Shown: piece after piece, positions 13,269 through 24,258 of the stretch
Numbering within the stretch: the stretch's first letter is position 1
Layout of the letters: each line of letters opens with the position of its first letter
Source: Malacoraja senta
Lineage: Eukaryota
Direction: 5' to 3'
Assembly: GCA_038087875.1 (NCBI GenBank)
Contig: CM076000.1
Location: 2,418,001-2,481,675, forward strand
Length of the DNA: 63,675 nt
The notes under the pieces: generated by a model
What the model was told of the DNA's origin: nothing
The model's input: the letters and a program-made list of their open reading frames with translations, nothing else
The model's database searches: none
Translations under genes and position numbers: made by a program

Positions 13269-13674
13269 AAACACCTTTTAAGTCTTCATTACATCTAGGG
13301 GCCAAAGAAACAGCTGTATTTACAATTTCAAATCATCTTATGAAAGGATTATAAACAAGCCTGTACTGGTCTTTGATTTGCCAGTCTACACAACTATAGG
13401 ATTATTAAAAGGGAGCAGATTTTTTTTGTTAAAGTCCCACTTAAGGAAGACATTGGTTGCATTGCTAAGTATTTCATGTTCTATTTGACCACACACAGAC
13501 GGTTCTATCTTCAGACTTTAGACTTTAGAGATACTGGTGGAAACAGGACCTTCGAAAGATTTACTTTCTATCCCTTGGCTCAATGTTGACCCTAGCTCCA
13601 ACCAAGCAATTACTTGGGTTGTCTATTTCATTAAGATCGTAATTTAAAATAATTCCTGTTACCTCAATCATATT

Positions 13675-14130
13675 CTTGGTCGTCCCTACACCTCCTCCCT
13701 CACCTCCATCCAGGGACCCCAGCAGACCTTCCAGGTGAGACAGAGGTTTAAGTGCACCTCCTCCAACCTCATCTGCTGCATCAGATGATCCAGATGAGGC
13801 TTCCTTTACATAGACGAGGTGACCGATTCGCCGAACTCTTGCACTCAGTCTGCCAAGGACTGCTGGATCTCTCAGTTCCTAACTTGCTTTTGTCCAAACA
13901 TTTGCCAATCAAACCAACCCCCTCCCCCTCACCTGTACCCACCTATCACTCGCCAGGCTTTGTCCTGCCCCCACTCCTCTTCCAGCTTTATCCCCACCCA
14001 TCCCCCACAATCAGTCTGAAGAATGGTCCTAACCCGAAACGTCACCCATCCATGTTCTGCTGAGATGCTGCTGAGTTACTCCAGTACTTTGTGTCCTTTT
14101 TTTATAAACCTGCAGGTGCAGTTCCTTGCC
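13675..14130 (+). mobile_element. Penelope-like element fragment (GIY-YIG remnant plus pLTR region with hammerhead motif)
   Basis: Translates FQVRQRFKCTSSNLICCIR...DRFAELLHSV. Followed by CTGAAGA-A-TGGT-CCTA-ACCC-GAAACGTC at 14016-14043. Confidence 0.7.
14016..14043 (+). ncRNA. Minimal type I hammerhead ribozyme motif (one of the best-preserved copies)
   Basis: CUGAAGA core, stem II GGU/ACC, GAAA, palindromic ACGU stem III, putative GUC cleavage triplet. Stem I is weak. Confidence 0.5.
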
Positions 14131-14416
14131 TCTTCATATTCTTGATGTTAATGATTTAATGCAAGTAGCAGCAAACTTGATGACCCCGGTCCAGAAATCC
14201 CTCCGAACACTTTAAATGGTGATGAATTGGGTGCAGACAAGCTAGTAAGCATAATCCAACACCTAAGGACATGGTTATTTGATTGCCAGGCACAGAAGCA
14301 TTTACCTGGAATATCTGTGTAATGTCATGTTACTCCAATGACTGAGGCCGAGTTCAGTGGTACCACAAAATAAATTCCTCTTCCTCTTCCACTTCCTCTT
14401 CCCAATCTCCCAATAT

Positions 14417-16648
14417 GGGGAGAAAATATGAGGTACGAAGGTAAGCTAGCCAAGAATATAAAGCAGGATAGTAAAAGCTTCTTTAGGTATGTGAGGAGGA
14501 AAAAATTAGTTAAGACCAAAGTTGGACCCTTGAAGACCGAAAAAGGTGTATTTATTATGGGGAACAAGGAAATGGCAGATGAGTTGAACAGGTGCTTTGG
14601 ATCCGTCTTCACTAAGGGGGACACAAACAATCTTCCTGATATAGTATTGGCCAGAGGATCTGGGGTGACAGAGGAACTGAAGGAAATCCACATTAGGCAG
14701 GAGATGGTGTTGGATAGACTGATGGGACTGAAGGCTGATAAATCCCCAGGGCCTGATGGTCTGCATCCCAGGGTACTTAAGGAAGTGGCTCTAGAAATTG
14801 TGGATGCATTGGTGATAATTTTCCAATGTTCTATAGACTCAGGATCAGTTCCTGTGGATTGGAGGGTAGCTAAAGTTATCCCACTTTTTAAGAAAGGCGG
14901 GAGAGAGAAAACGGGGAATTATAGACCAGTTAGCTTGACATCGGTGGTGGGGAAGATGCTGGAGTCATTTATAAAAGATGAGATAGCCGCACATTTGGAT
15001 AGCAGTAACAGGATCGGTTCGAGTCAGCATGGATTTACAAAGGGGAAATCATGCTTGACTAATCTTCTGGAATTTTTTGAAGATGTAACTAGGAAAATGG
15101 ACAAGGGAGAGCAAGTGGATGTAGTGTACCTGGACTTTCAGAAAGCATTTGATAACTTCCCACATAGGAGATTAGTGGGCAAAATAATGGGGGAATAATG
15201 GGGAGGTTCTTAGAATAATGGGGAGGTCATTTAAGATTGAGGTGAGAAAAAACTTTTTCACCCAGAGAGTCGTGAATTTATGGAATTCCCTGCGAAAGAG
15301 GGCAGTGGAGGCCAAGTCACTGGATGGATTTAAGAGAGAGTTAGATAGAGCTCTAGTGGAGTCAAGGGATATGGGGAGAAGGCAGGCACGGGTTATTGAT
15401 AGGGGACGATCAGCCATGATCACAATGAATGGTGGTGCTGGCTCGAAGGGCCAAATGGCCTCCTCCTGCACCTATTTTCTATGTCTATGTCTAAAATTAG
15501 GGCACATGGTATTGGGGGTAGAGTACTGACATGGATAGAGAAGTGGTTGGCAGACAGGAAACAAAGAGTAGGGATTAACGGGTCCCTTTCAGAATGGCAG
15601 GCAGTGACTAGTCGGGTACCGCAAGGCTCGGTGCTGGGACCGCAGCTATTTACAATATACATCGATGATTTGGATGAAGGGCTTCAAAGTAACATTAGCA
15701 AATTTGCAGATGACACAAAGCTGGGTGGCAGTGTGAACTGTGAGGAGGATGCTATGAGAATGCAAGGTGATTTGGACAGGTTGGGGTAGTGGGCAGATGC
15801 ATGGCAGATGAAGATTAATGCGGATAAATGTGAGGTTATCCACTTTGGTAGCAAAAACAGGAAGGCAGATTACTATCTAAATGGCGTCAAGTTGGGAAAA
15901 GGGGAAGTACAATGGGATCTGGGGGTCCTTGTACATCAGTCTATGAAAGTAATCATGCAGGTACAGCAGGCAGTGAAGAAAGCGAATGGCATGTTGGCCT
16001 TTATAACAAGAGGAATCGAATATAGGAGCAAAGAGGTCCTTTTGAGTTGTACAGAGCCCTAGTGAGACCACACCTGGAGTATTGTGTGCAGTTTTGGTCC
16101 CCTAATTTGAGAAAGGACATTCTTGCTATTGAGGGAGTGCAGTGTAGGTTTACAAGGTTAATTCCCGGGATGGCGGGACTGTCATATGCTGAGAGAATGG
16201 AGCAGCTGGGCTTGTACACTCTGGAGTTTAGAAGGATGAGAGGGAATCTCATTGAAACATATAAGATTGTTAAGGGCTTGGACACGCTAGAGGCAGGAAA
16301 CATGTTCCCGATGTTGGGGGAGTCCAGAACCAAGGGCCACAGTTTAAGAATAAGGAGTAAGCCATTTAGAACGGAGACGAGGAAACACTTTTTCTCACAG
16401 AGAGTGGTGAGTCTGTGGAATTCTCTGCCTCAGAGGGCGGTGGAGGCGGGTTCTCTGGATGCTTTCAAGAGAGAGCTAGATAGGGCTCTTAAAAACAGCG
16501 GAGTCAGGGGATATGGGGAGAAGGCAGGAACAGGGTACTGATTGGAGATGATCAGCCATGATCACATTGAATGGCGGTGCTGGCTCGAAGGGCCAAATGG
16601 CCTACTCCTGCACCTATTGTCTATTGTCTATTGTCTATTGTCTATTGT
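14417..16648 (+). mobile_element. CR1-clade (HER1-like) LINE, 5'-truncated, ORF2 RT pseudogene
   Basis: [90 protein letters not shown]. Contains a stop and frameshifts, and ends in (CTATTGT)n. Confidence 0.95.
15186..15492 (+). mobile_element. Short CR1 3' fragment nested inside the CR1 RT region
   Basis: Interrupts RLVGK|IRAHG. AAAAT is duplicated on both sides (15181-15185 and 15493-15497). Own tail ends (CTATGT)n. Confidence 0.85.
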
Positions 16649-17752
16649 ATGATGAGCATATGACGGCACTGGGCCTGTACTCGCTGCAGTTTAGAAGGAT
16701 GAGGGGAGACCTCGTGAAAATTACCCAATAGTGAAAGGCTTGGTTAAAGTGGGAGAGTCTAGGACCAGATGGCACAGCCTCAGAATAAAAGGCCGTACCT
16801 TTAGAATGGAGATGAGGAGAAATTTCTTTAGTAAAAGTGTGGTGAATCTGTGGAATTCATTGCCACAGACGGCATGGAGGCCAAGATATTGGGTATTTTT
16901 AAAGCTGTGTTGATTAGTAAAGGTGTCAAAGGTTACGAGGAGAAGGCAGGAGTACGGGGTTGAGAGGGAAAAATAGATCAGCCATGATCAGATGGGCTGA
17001 ATGGCCTAATTCTGCTCCTATGGCTTATGATATGCAGAAGTTGGTCGAAGATCAGCCCAGATTTCAAACCTTGCTTCAAAAATTGGGTATTCTGGTTGCT
17101 ACAGACCAAGATATTCAACTGTGGTAAGCAGGCATCGAAGCAGCCACTCTTGATATCAGGAAAAAAAATTGTTTGGTTGAGAGGTACAACATGGCCCACT
17201 AAGTCCACACTGACCATCGATCACCCATACTCACTAGTTCTATGTTATCCCACTTTCTCATCCACCCCCTACACACTTGGGACAATTCACAGAGGCCAAT
17301 TAACCTACAAACTTGCACGTCTTTGGGATATGGGAGGAAACTGGAGCACACAGAGGAAACTCACTCAGTCTTGGGGGAACAGGAAAACTCCACACAGACA
17401 ACACCCAAGGTCAAAATCGAACCCGGGTTTCTGGTGCTGAGAGGCAGCTGCTCTACTAGCTGCACCACTGTGTGCCCCTCACATTGTGCGAAGTATATAA
17501 CCTCGTGTGTTTGATCCTCATTTATATTCTTACTAAGGTTGAAAATTCCACCCATTGGTCTCCATTGCCATGGTTCCAAGCTGTGACGTATATTTGTGTG
17601 GAATATTAAAAGGATATGTCTACTCTGCAATATAACACACTGACATTGAGCAATGGAAACACATTCAGCAATTAAACATACAATTAGATAAAGACTTAAC
17701 TATCTATTTTATTTATTGCCATTGGGCATGAAAGTTTCTTAGATTGCAGAAG

Positions 17753-18390
17753 ATTCTGCCCTGTAAATGAGACCTAGAATTGGGACAAGGGAAGTAGGTT
17801 CTGCCCTGTAAACGGGACCATGAATTGGGACAAGGGAAGTAGGTTCTGCCCTGTAAATGGGACCATGAATTGGGACAACGGATGTAAGTTTTAGTTTAGT
17901 TTAGAGATGCAGCGTGGAAACAGGCCCTTCGGCCCACCGAGTCTGCGCCGACCAGCGATCGCTGCACATGAACACTATCCTACACATTAGGGACAATTTA
18001 CAATTTTACTGAAGCCAATCAACCTAAAAACCTGCACGCCTTTAGAGTGTGGTAGGAAACCAGAGAAAACCCACTTAGGTCACGGGTAGAACATACAAAC
18101 TCCGTATAGACACTACCCGTAGTCAGGATTGAACTCGGGTCCCTGGCGCTCTAAGGTAGCAACCCTACCGCTGCCTCACCCTGATGCCCTGTAAATGGGA
18201 CCAAGAATTGTAAATGGGACCAAGAATTGGGAGAAGGGAATTAAGTTCTGCCCTGTAAATGTCTAGAAATGGGGCAAGAAAAGTAGGATCTGCCTTATAA
18301 ATGGGATTTAGAATTGGGAGAAAGGAAGTAGGTTCTGCCGTGTAAATGGGACATAGAATTGGCGCAAGGGAAATAGGTTCTGCCCTATGA
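17753..18390. repeat. 45-bp minisatellite (~8-9 diverged units) interrupted by a SINE
   Basis: Unit TTCTGCCCTGTAAATGGGACCATGAATTGGGACAAGGGAAGTAGG. A minus-strand SINE sits at ~17888-18186. Confidence 0.85.
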
Positions 18391-18497
18391 TTTTTGAGAA
18401 GCCACTGTCCGAATCCCATTGGACAGAGGACTTTGAAACCGGTGTGGTGATATTGATTTTGGAGTGCCGAAGTCATTACTAGCATAGTTATACTTAC

Positions 18498-18598
18498 AAG
18501 AAACATTTCAAGCCGGTGTAAAATAATAGGAGTCTCAACAGCTGCCGCTGCAGTGCTGGCAGCAATGTGCTCGTGTCTGTCAGTGTGCAGACTCCAGT
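18498..18598 (-). other. Candidate internal exon (101 nt) of an unidentified host transcript
   Basis: Minus strand has a pyrimidine tract ending TTTTTTTGCTGCAG as acceptor and GTAAGT as donor. Two frames are open, and it sits in repeat-free sequence. Confidence 0.35.
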
Positions 18599-19822
18599 CT
18601 GCAGCAAAAAAAGCTGGAATGACAGAGAGGACTGAAGCCAAGGGGTCAGGGATGGGGGAGCAATGAAACACAGGCACATTGTGATGAACGAGAGATAAAG
18701 AAGGAGCCATAAGAGTGAGTGAAGAGACATAAGGTGAGACAGAAGCGGGGATGGAAAGGTCAAATAACACAGAGATCAAAAGAAGCAGAAAAGCTCAATG
18801 GGAACGGCAAAAATAAGTGAAACGTCAAATGGAAAGAATAAATATAAATACCAATAAGAATGATCAATGTGACAGAAGCTGTGGCACACAGTGGCGCAGT
18901 TGAGAGAGCCGCTGCCTCATTGCGTCAGAGACACGGCTTCATTTGGGACAATTTTACAGAGACCAAACTAACCTACAAACCCGCACATCTTTGGGATGTG
19001 GTAGGAAACCCGAGGAACACAGAGGACCTCCTGCAAAGTCAAGAGAAAGTGCACAAACTCCGCACAAACAGCACCTGAGGCCAGAATCGAGGGTCTCTGG
19101 CACAGTGAGACAGCAGCTCTACCAGCTGCGCCACTGTTTGCTGCCCTGCTTGTTCCTGCTTTAGTCGTGGCACTCGGTGGAAAAGATATACAAAACCATT
19201 CCAGTCAGATTATGGCGAATTTTACAGTCAGCTCATGAATCTCACATCAAACGAACGGATGTCAGATAGGAATTGGAAATGTAAAGAAATATATAATAGA
19301 AATGTTAAGTAAATCCAACAGGTATCAAAGCAAAAAAACAGCAATATCTGCCGTGATCACTGATTACTAAGCACAGCAACTTTTAGTGAAAGGGAAAGAA
19401 TCTTTACTCCTACCAGGGCCGGTGCCCTTTTGATGAACTTCACCCCTTCATTCTGGACCCCTCACTATATCTTTCGAACACTGTGGTGAAGTGTGGGGCA
19501 GATATTGCTGGTTTTTGTTTTAATAACAGTTGGGTTTCTGGTACTCTGGTTTCCTCCCACATCCCAAAGATGTGCAGATATGTCGGTCTGGTTTACCAGA
19601 ATGATGCCTGGATTAAGGATATTAGTTATAGGGAGAGGTTGGAGAAACTTGGATTGTTTAATCTTGAATGCTGGGGGTTGTGGGGAGACCTGATAGAAGC
19701 AAATAAAATTATGAGAGGCATATATAAGGTAGACAGTCAGAACCTTTCTCCAGGGTGGAAATGTCAAAGACTAGTGGGCATAGCTATAATGTTTTTAGAT
19801 AGGCACATGGATATGCAGGGTA

Positions 19823-21435
19823 CAGTGTATTTAGAAAGTATTCAGACCCCTTCACTTTTTCCACATTTTGTTACGTTATAGCCTCATTTTTTAATGGATT
19901 AACTTCATTTTTTTTATCATCAATATACACACAATACCCCAGAATGAAGAAGTGAAAACAGGTGTTTAGAAATTTTTGCAAAGTAATTAAAAATAAATAA
20001 CTGAAATATCACATTTACATAAGTATTCATACCCTTTCCTATGACACTCAAAATTGAGAGGTTCATCCTGTTTCCATTGATTATCCTTGAGATGTTTCTA
20101 CAACTTGATTGGAGTCCACCATTGGACATAAATTGATTGGACATGATTTGGAAAGACACACACCTGTCTAGATAAGGTCCCACAGTTGACAGTGCATGTC
20201 CGAGCAAAAACCAAGCCATGAAGTCGAAGGAATTGTCCGTAAACCTCCAAGACAGGATTGTGTCGAGACACAGAACTGGGGAAGGGTATAAAACAATTTC
20301 TGCAGCATTGCAGGTCCCAAAAAGTACAGTGGCCGCCGTCATTCTTAAATGGAAGAACTTTGGAACCACCAGGACTCTTCATAGAGCTGGCCGCCCGGCC
20401 AAACTGAGCAATCGGGGGAGAAGGGCCTTGGTTAGGGAGGTGACCAAGAACCCGATGATCACTCTGACAGAGCTCCAGAGTTCCTCTGTGGAGAAGGGAG
20501 AATCTTCCAGAAGGACAACTATATCTGCGGCACTCCACCAATCAGGCCTTTATGATAGAGTGGCCAGACGAAAGCCACTCCTCAGTAAAAGGCACATGAC
20601 AATCCACTTGGAGTTTGCCAAAAGGGTTGTTTTCTCTGGTGCTCTGGTCTGATGAAACCAAGATTGAACTCTTTGGCCTGAATGCCAAGCGTCACGTCTG
20701 GAGGAAACCAGTTGGTATGGTATTGGCTCATCACCTGGCCAATACCATACCAACGGTGAAGCATGGTGGTGGCAGCATCATGCTGTGGAGATGCTTTTCA
20801 GCGGCAGTAACTGTGAGACTAGTCAGGATCGAGGGAAAGATAAATGGAGCAAAGTACAGAGAGATCCTTGATGAAAACCTGCTCCAGAGCGTTCTGGACC
20901 TCAGACTGGGGTGGAGGTTCACCTTCCAACAGGACACAGCCAAGACAATACAGGAGTAGCTTTGTGACAAGTCTGTGAATGTCCTTGAGTGGACCAGCTG
21001 GAGCCCGGATTTGAACCTGATCGAACATCTCTGGAGGGACCTGAAAATAGCTGTGCATCGACGCTCCCCATCCAACCTGACATCGACGTTCCCCATCCAG
21101 CTTGAGAGGATCTGCAGAGAAGAATGGGAGAAGAACATGTGTGCCAAGCTTGTAGCATCATACCCAAGAAGACTTGAGGCTGTAATCGCTGCCAAAGGTG
21201 CCTCAACAAAGTACTGAGTAAAGGGTCTGAATACTTATGTAAATGTGATATTTCAGTTATTTTTTTTAATTACTTTGCAAAAAATTTTAAACACCTGTTT
21301 TTGCTTTTTTATTATGGGGTATTGTGTGTAGATTGATGATTTTTAAAAAATGAATTTAATCCATTTTAGAATAAGGCTGTAATGTAACAAAATGTGGAAA
21401 AAGTGAAGGGGTCTGAATACTTTCTGAATGCCCTG
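19823..21435 (+). mobile_element. Tc1/mariner IR/DR-type DNA transposon, full length, decayed
   Basis: TA TSDs at 19821-22 and 21436-37. ~210-bp TIRs (CAGTGTATTTAGAAAGTATTCAGACCCC / GGGGTCTGAATACTTTCTGAATGCCCTG) with inner direct repeats. Inserted in a CR1 tail. Confidence 0.95.
20218..21217 (+). pseudogene. Tc1 DD34E transposase pseudogene
   Basis: MKSKELS..RIVSRH..GRPAKL..ARRKPLL / [23 protein letters not shown] / FQQD / [18 protein letters not shown]. Frameshifts, a deletion after FQQD and an in-frame stop. Confidence 0.92.
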
Positions 21436-22809
21436 TATGTAGGAATATGGAACACATGCAGGCAGAGGAGAGGGGTGATGTCTAAAGGAGATATGCGGGC
21501 TGAGTTTTTTACACAGAGGGTGGTGGGTGCCTGAAATGTGCGGCCAGAGGTAGTGGTGGAGGCAGATACGATAGTGGATTTTAAGAGGGTTTTAGATAGG
21601 CACATGGAACTGCAAGGAATAGATGGATATGGATCATGTGCAAGCATATGAGATTAATTTATCTTTGCATAATGTTTGGCACAGATAATAGAGTTATAGA
21701 ATCAAACAGTGTGGAAACAGGCCTTTCTGCCCAATTTACCCACACTGACCAATATGTCCCATTTACACTAGTCCCACTTGCCTGCATTTGCCCCATATCC
21801 CTCTAAACATGTCCTATCCATGTACCAGTCTAAATGTTTCTTAAACATTGCGATAGCCTCAACTACCTCCTCCGGCAGCTCGTTCCATACCCTCCAACCT
21901 TTGCTTGAAAAAGTTCCCCCTCAGATTCCTATAAAATCTTTCCCCCTTCACCTTAAGCCTATGCCATCAGGTTCTCGATTCCCCCACTCTTGGTAACAGA
22001 CTCTGTGTGTCCACCTGATCTATTCCTCTCATGATTTGATACACCTCTACGAGATCACCCCTCATCCTCCTGAACTCCTGGGAATAGAGTCCCAGCCTGC
22101 TCAACCTCTCCTTATAGCTCAGACCCTCGAGTCCTGGCAACATCCTTGTAAATCTTCTTTGCGCTCTTTCCTACTTAATATGGTTCCTATAACATGGTTC
22201 CCAGAACTGAACACAATACTCTATAGTATTCCAGTATAGTCCCTGGTGGACTCTTCAGGAGTGATGACCACAAAGTACAAGGTACTCTTGACTGTTGAAG
22301 GCCAATGTGCTAAAAGCCTTTTTGACCATTGTTGGGTGAAGGGCCTGTCCCTGTGCTGTACTGTTCTATGTTCTATGAAACACAAAGGATTGGTGTGTAG
22401 ATAGAACAAGATATTAGGAAGGCTGATAAACTTTGTTAGAGGTGTGTAAAAGATAGGAAAGTGAATGAGTACATTGGAAATGGTGGGTAGACAAAAATGC
22501 TGGAGAAACTCAGCGGGTGAGGCAGCATTTATGGAGCGAAGGAAATAGGCCTAATGGTGCATTGTTTTAATCTCTGTATTAAATGAAGCATGTGGAAATT
22601 TTGAAAAATGTAGGGACTGCAAATCAAAAAATAAAACAAAAAATGCTGGGTTCACACAACAGATCAGACAGTGGCTGTGAAAAGAGAAACAAAGTTATTG
22701 TTACAGTTCAAAAGACGCTTCAACAGTTGGAAAAGAATATGAGAGCAAGTTGCGGTTTTAATTTGCAAAGAAGGCAAAGACACTTCAAAGATACTTGGAT
22801 GGGAAACAT

Positions 22810-24258
22810 TGAGGGTGGGGGGGTGGGTGTGTGTGGGCAGGGGTGCTTGTGGGGGAGAGTGGTGTGTGGGCGTGGGGGAGTTGTGGGGGAGAGGGGTGTG
22901 TGGGCGGGGGGGAGTGAGCTCGGAAAAAGCCATGGGTGAGAGGGGGCATCGCGGGAGAGGGAGGGGAGGGGGGAGGAGACAGCGAGGGGTAGTGGCTGGA
23001 ATTGGCGGTGCGATGGGGACTCACAGCGGGCGCTGGGCACTGGTCGTTCTCCTCCGCCGGGATCAGCTTTTTGTTTGCCGACATCTCCAACTCCTGGCTC
23101 GGCTGGGTCTTCGAATCTGGGCTGGGCTGGGCTGGGTCTCCGACTCTGGGCTGGGCTGGGTCTCCGACTCTTGGCCGGGCTGGGCTGGGTCTCCCACGCT
23201 GGGCTGGGCTGGGCAGGGTCTCTGACGCTGGGCTGAGTCGGGTCTCCGACGCTGGGCTGCTTGGGGCTGGGCTGCTTGGGGCTGGGCTGCTTGGGGCGGG
23301 GCGGGGCTGGGCTGCTTGGGGCTGGGCTGCTTCAGGTCCCTCCGAAAGTCCGGTTGGAAACCTCCGCCCCACAACTCAAAGAAACTTTATTGATTATAGT
23401 ATAATAACTGGGAAAAAATTAATTCTAAAATTTTGGAAAGGTCCTATAACCCCACAATCAAAATGTGGATTATAGAAATGACGGAGACCTTACACTTGGA
23501 AAGAATTAGACTTGTCCTGTTGGACAAACAAGAATTATTTGTTGGAACATGGTCTCCATTTATTGATTATTTAAAGGGTCAAAATGGTTCAGCACGGGAA
23601 CCTGACTAGCACTCGAGCCAAGGAATAGATGAAATGTTATACTCTGAAATGTACGAATATATCTCGAATGAAGTTTTTTTTTAAGTATGTTATTCCATTC
23701 TTCTTTATTATCTCTTTCTTTTTTTTCTTTTTTTTTCTTTTCTTTTCTCTCTTTTCTCTCTTTCTTTCATCTATCTTTTTATCTCTACTTACTTAAAAAA
23801 AAAAAATCATTGGAGACAATGTGAATAATGTTTGACAATATTATTAATTTAGAAATGAAAGACTGGTAACGATTTTACTATGATATGTATTTACCTCCAA
23901 TAAAAAATATTATTACAAAAAAGGAAACCTCCGCCGGCCATCCTCAGCTCCAGTAAAGACGCGAAGGCGCAGGAAGGGGCGGACCATCCCGGTGAGTGAC
24001 AGGGGAAGAGACTAATCTGCGAGGCGCTGACTGGCAGGAGAAGAGATCGATCCGCGCACACGCGTTTTAAAAGATTTTTAAACCTCGCTAACTTTTACGA
24101 CATTCAACCGATCGGAAAGAAACTTGGTGCACTCGCAGCATAGGAGAACAGTGAGTGAACTGGTGAAAAATCGTAACACTATCGCAAACCGTTTTTGTGC
24201 GAATAGAAAGACCGCCAAACCAGAAGATAACAAGATCAAAGTTTTAGTTATGTATAGA
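22810..24258 (-). mobile_element. Helitron-like non-autonomous element (5' portion) with GC-rich internal repeats
   Basis: Minus strand begins A|TCTATACATAACTAAAAC, a Helitron-like 5' end, followed by (GGGCT)n-rich and G-rich arrays. No 3' hairpin-CTAG found. Confidence 0.45.
23369..23922 (+). mobile_element. L1/Tx1-clade LINE, 5'-truncated, with poly(A) and 13-bp TSD
   Basis: Translation KKLILKFWK..PTIKMWIIEMTETLHLERIRL..TWSPFIDYLK matches the fish-type L1 ORF2 C-terminus. AATAAA and A-tail present. TSD GGAAACCTCCGCC at 23356-23368 and 23923-23935. Confidence 0.8.

Noticed and set aside
17753..18390. CRISPR-like array
   Set aside because: Units are contiguous with no unique spacers, the context is eukaryotic, and no cas genes are present.
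18165..18779. 204-aa minus-strand ORF as a single-exon gene
   Set aside because: It runs through a polypyrimidine tract, the minisatellite and a SINE. Only the 101-nt splice-bounded core is retained as a candidate.
22785..23475. Pro/Ala/Gln- and Gly/Trp-rich ORFs on both strands
   Set aside because: They arise from (GGGCT)n low-complexity repeats inside a mobile element.
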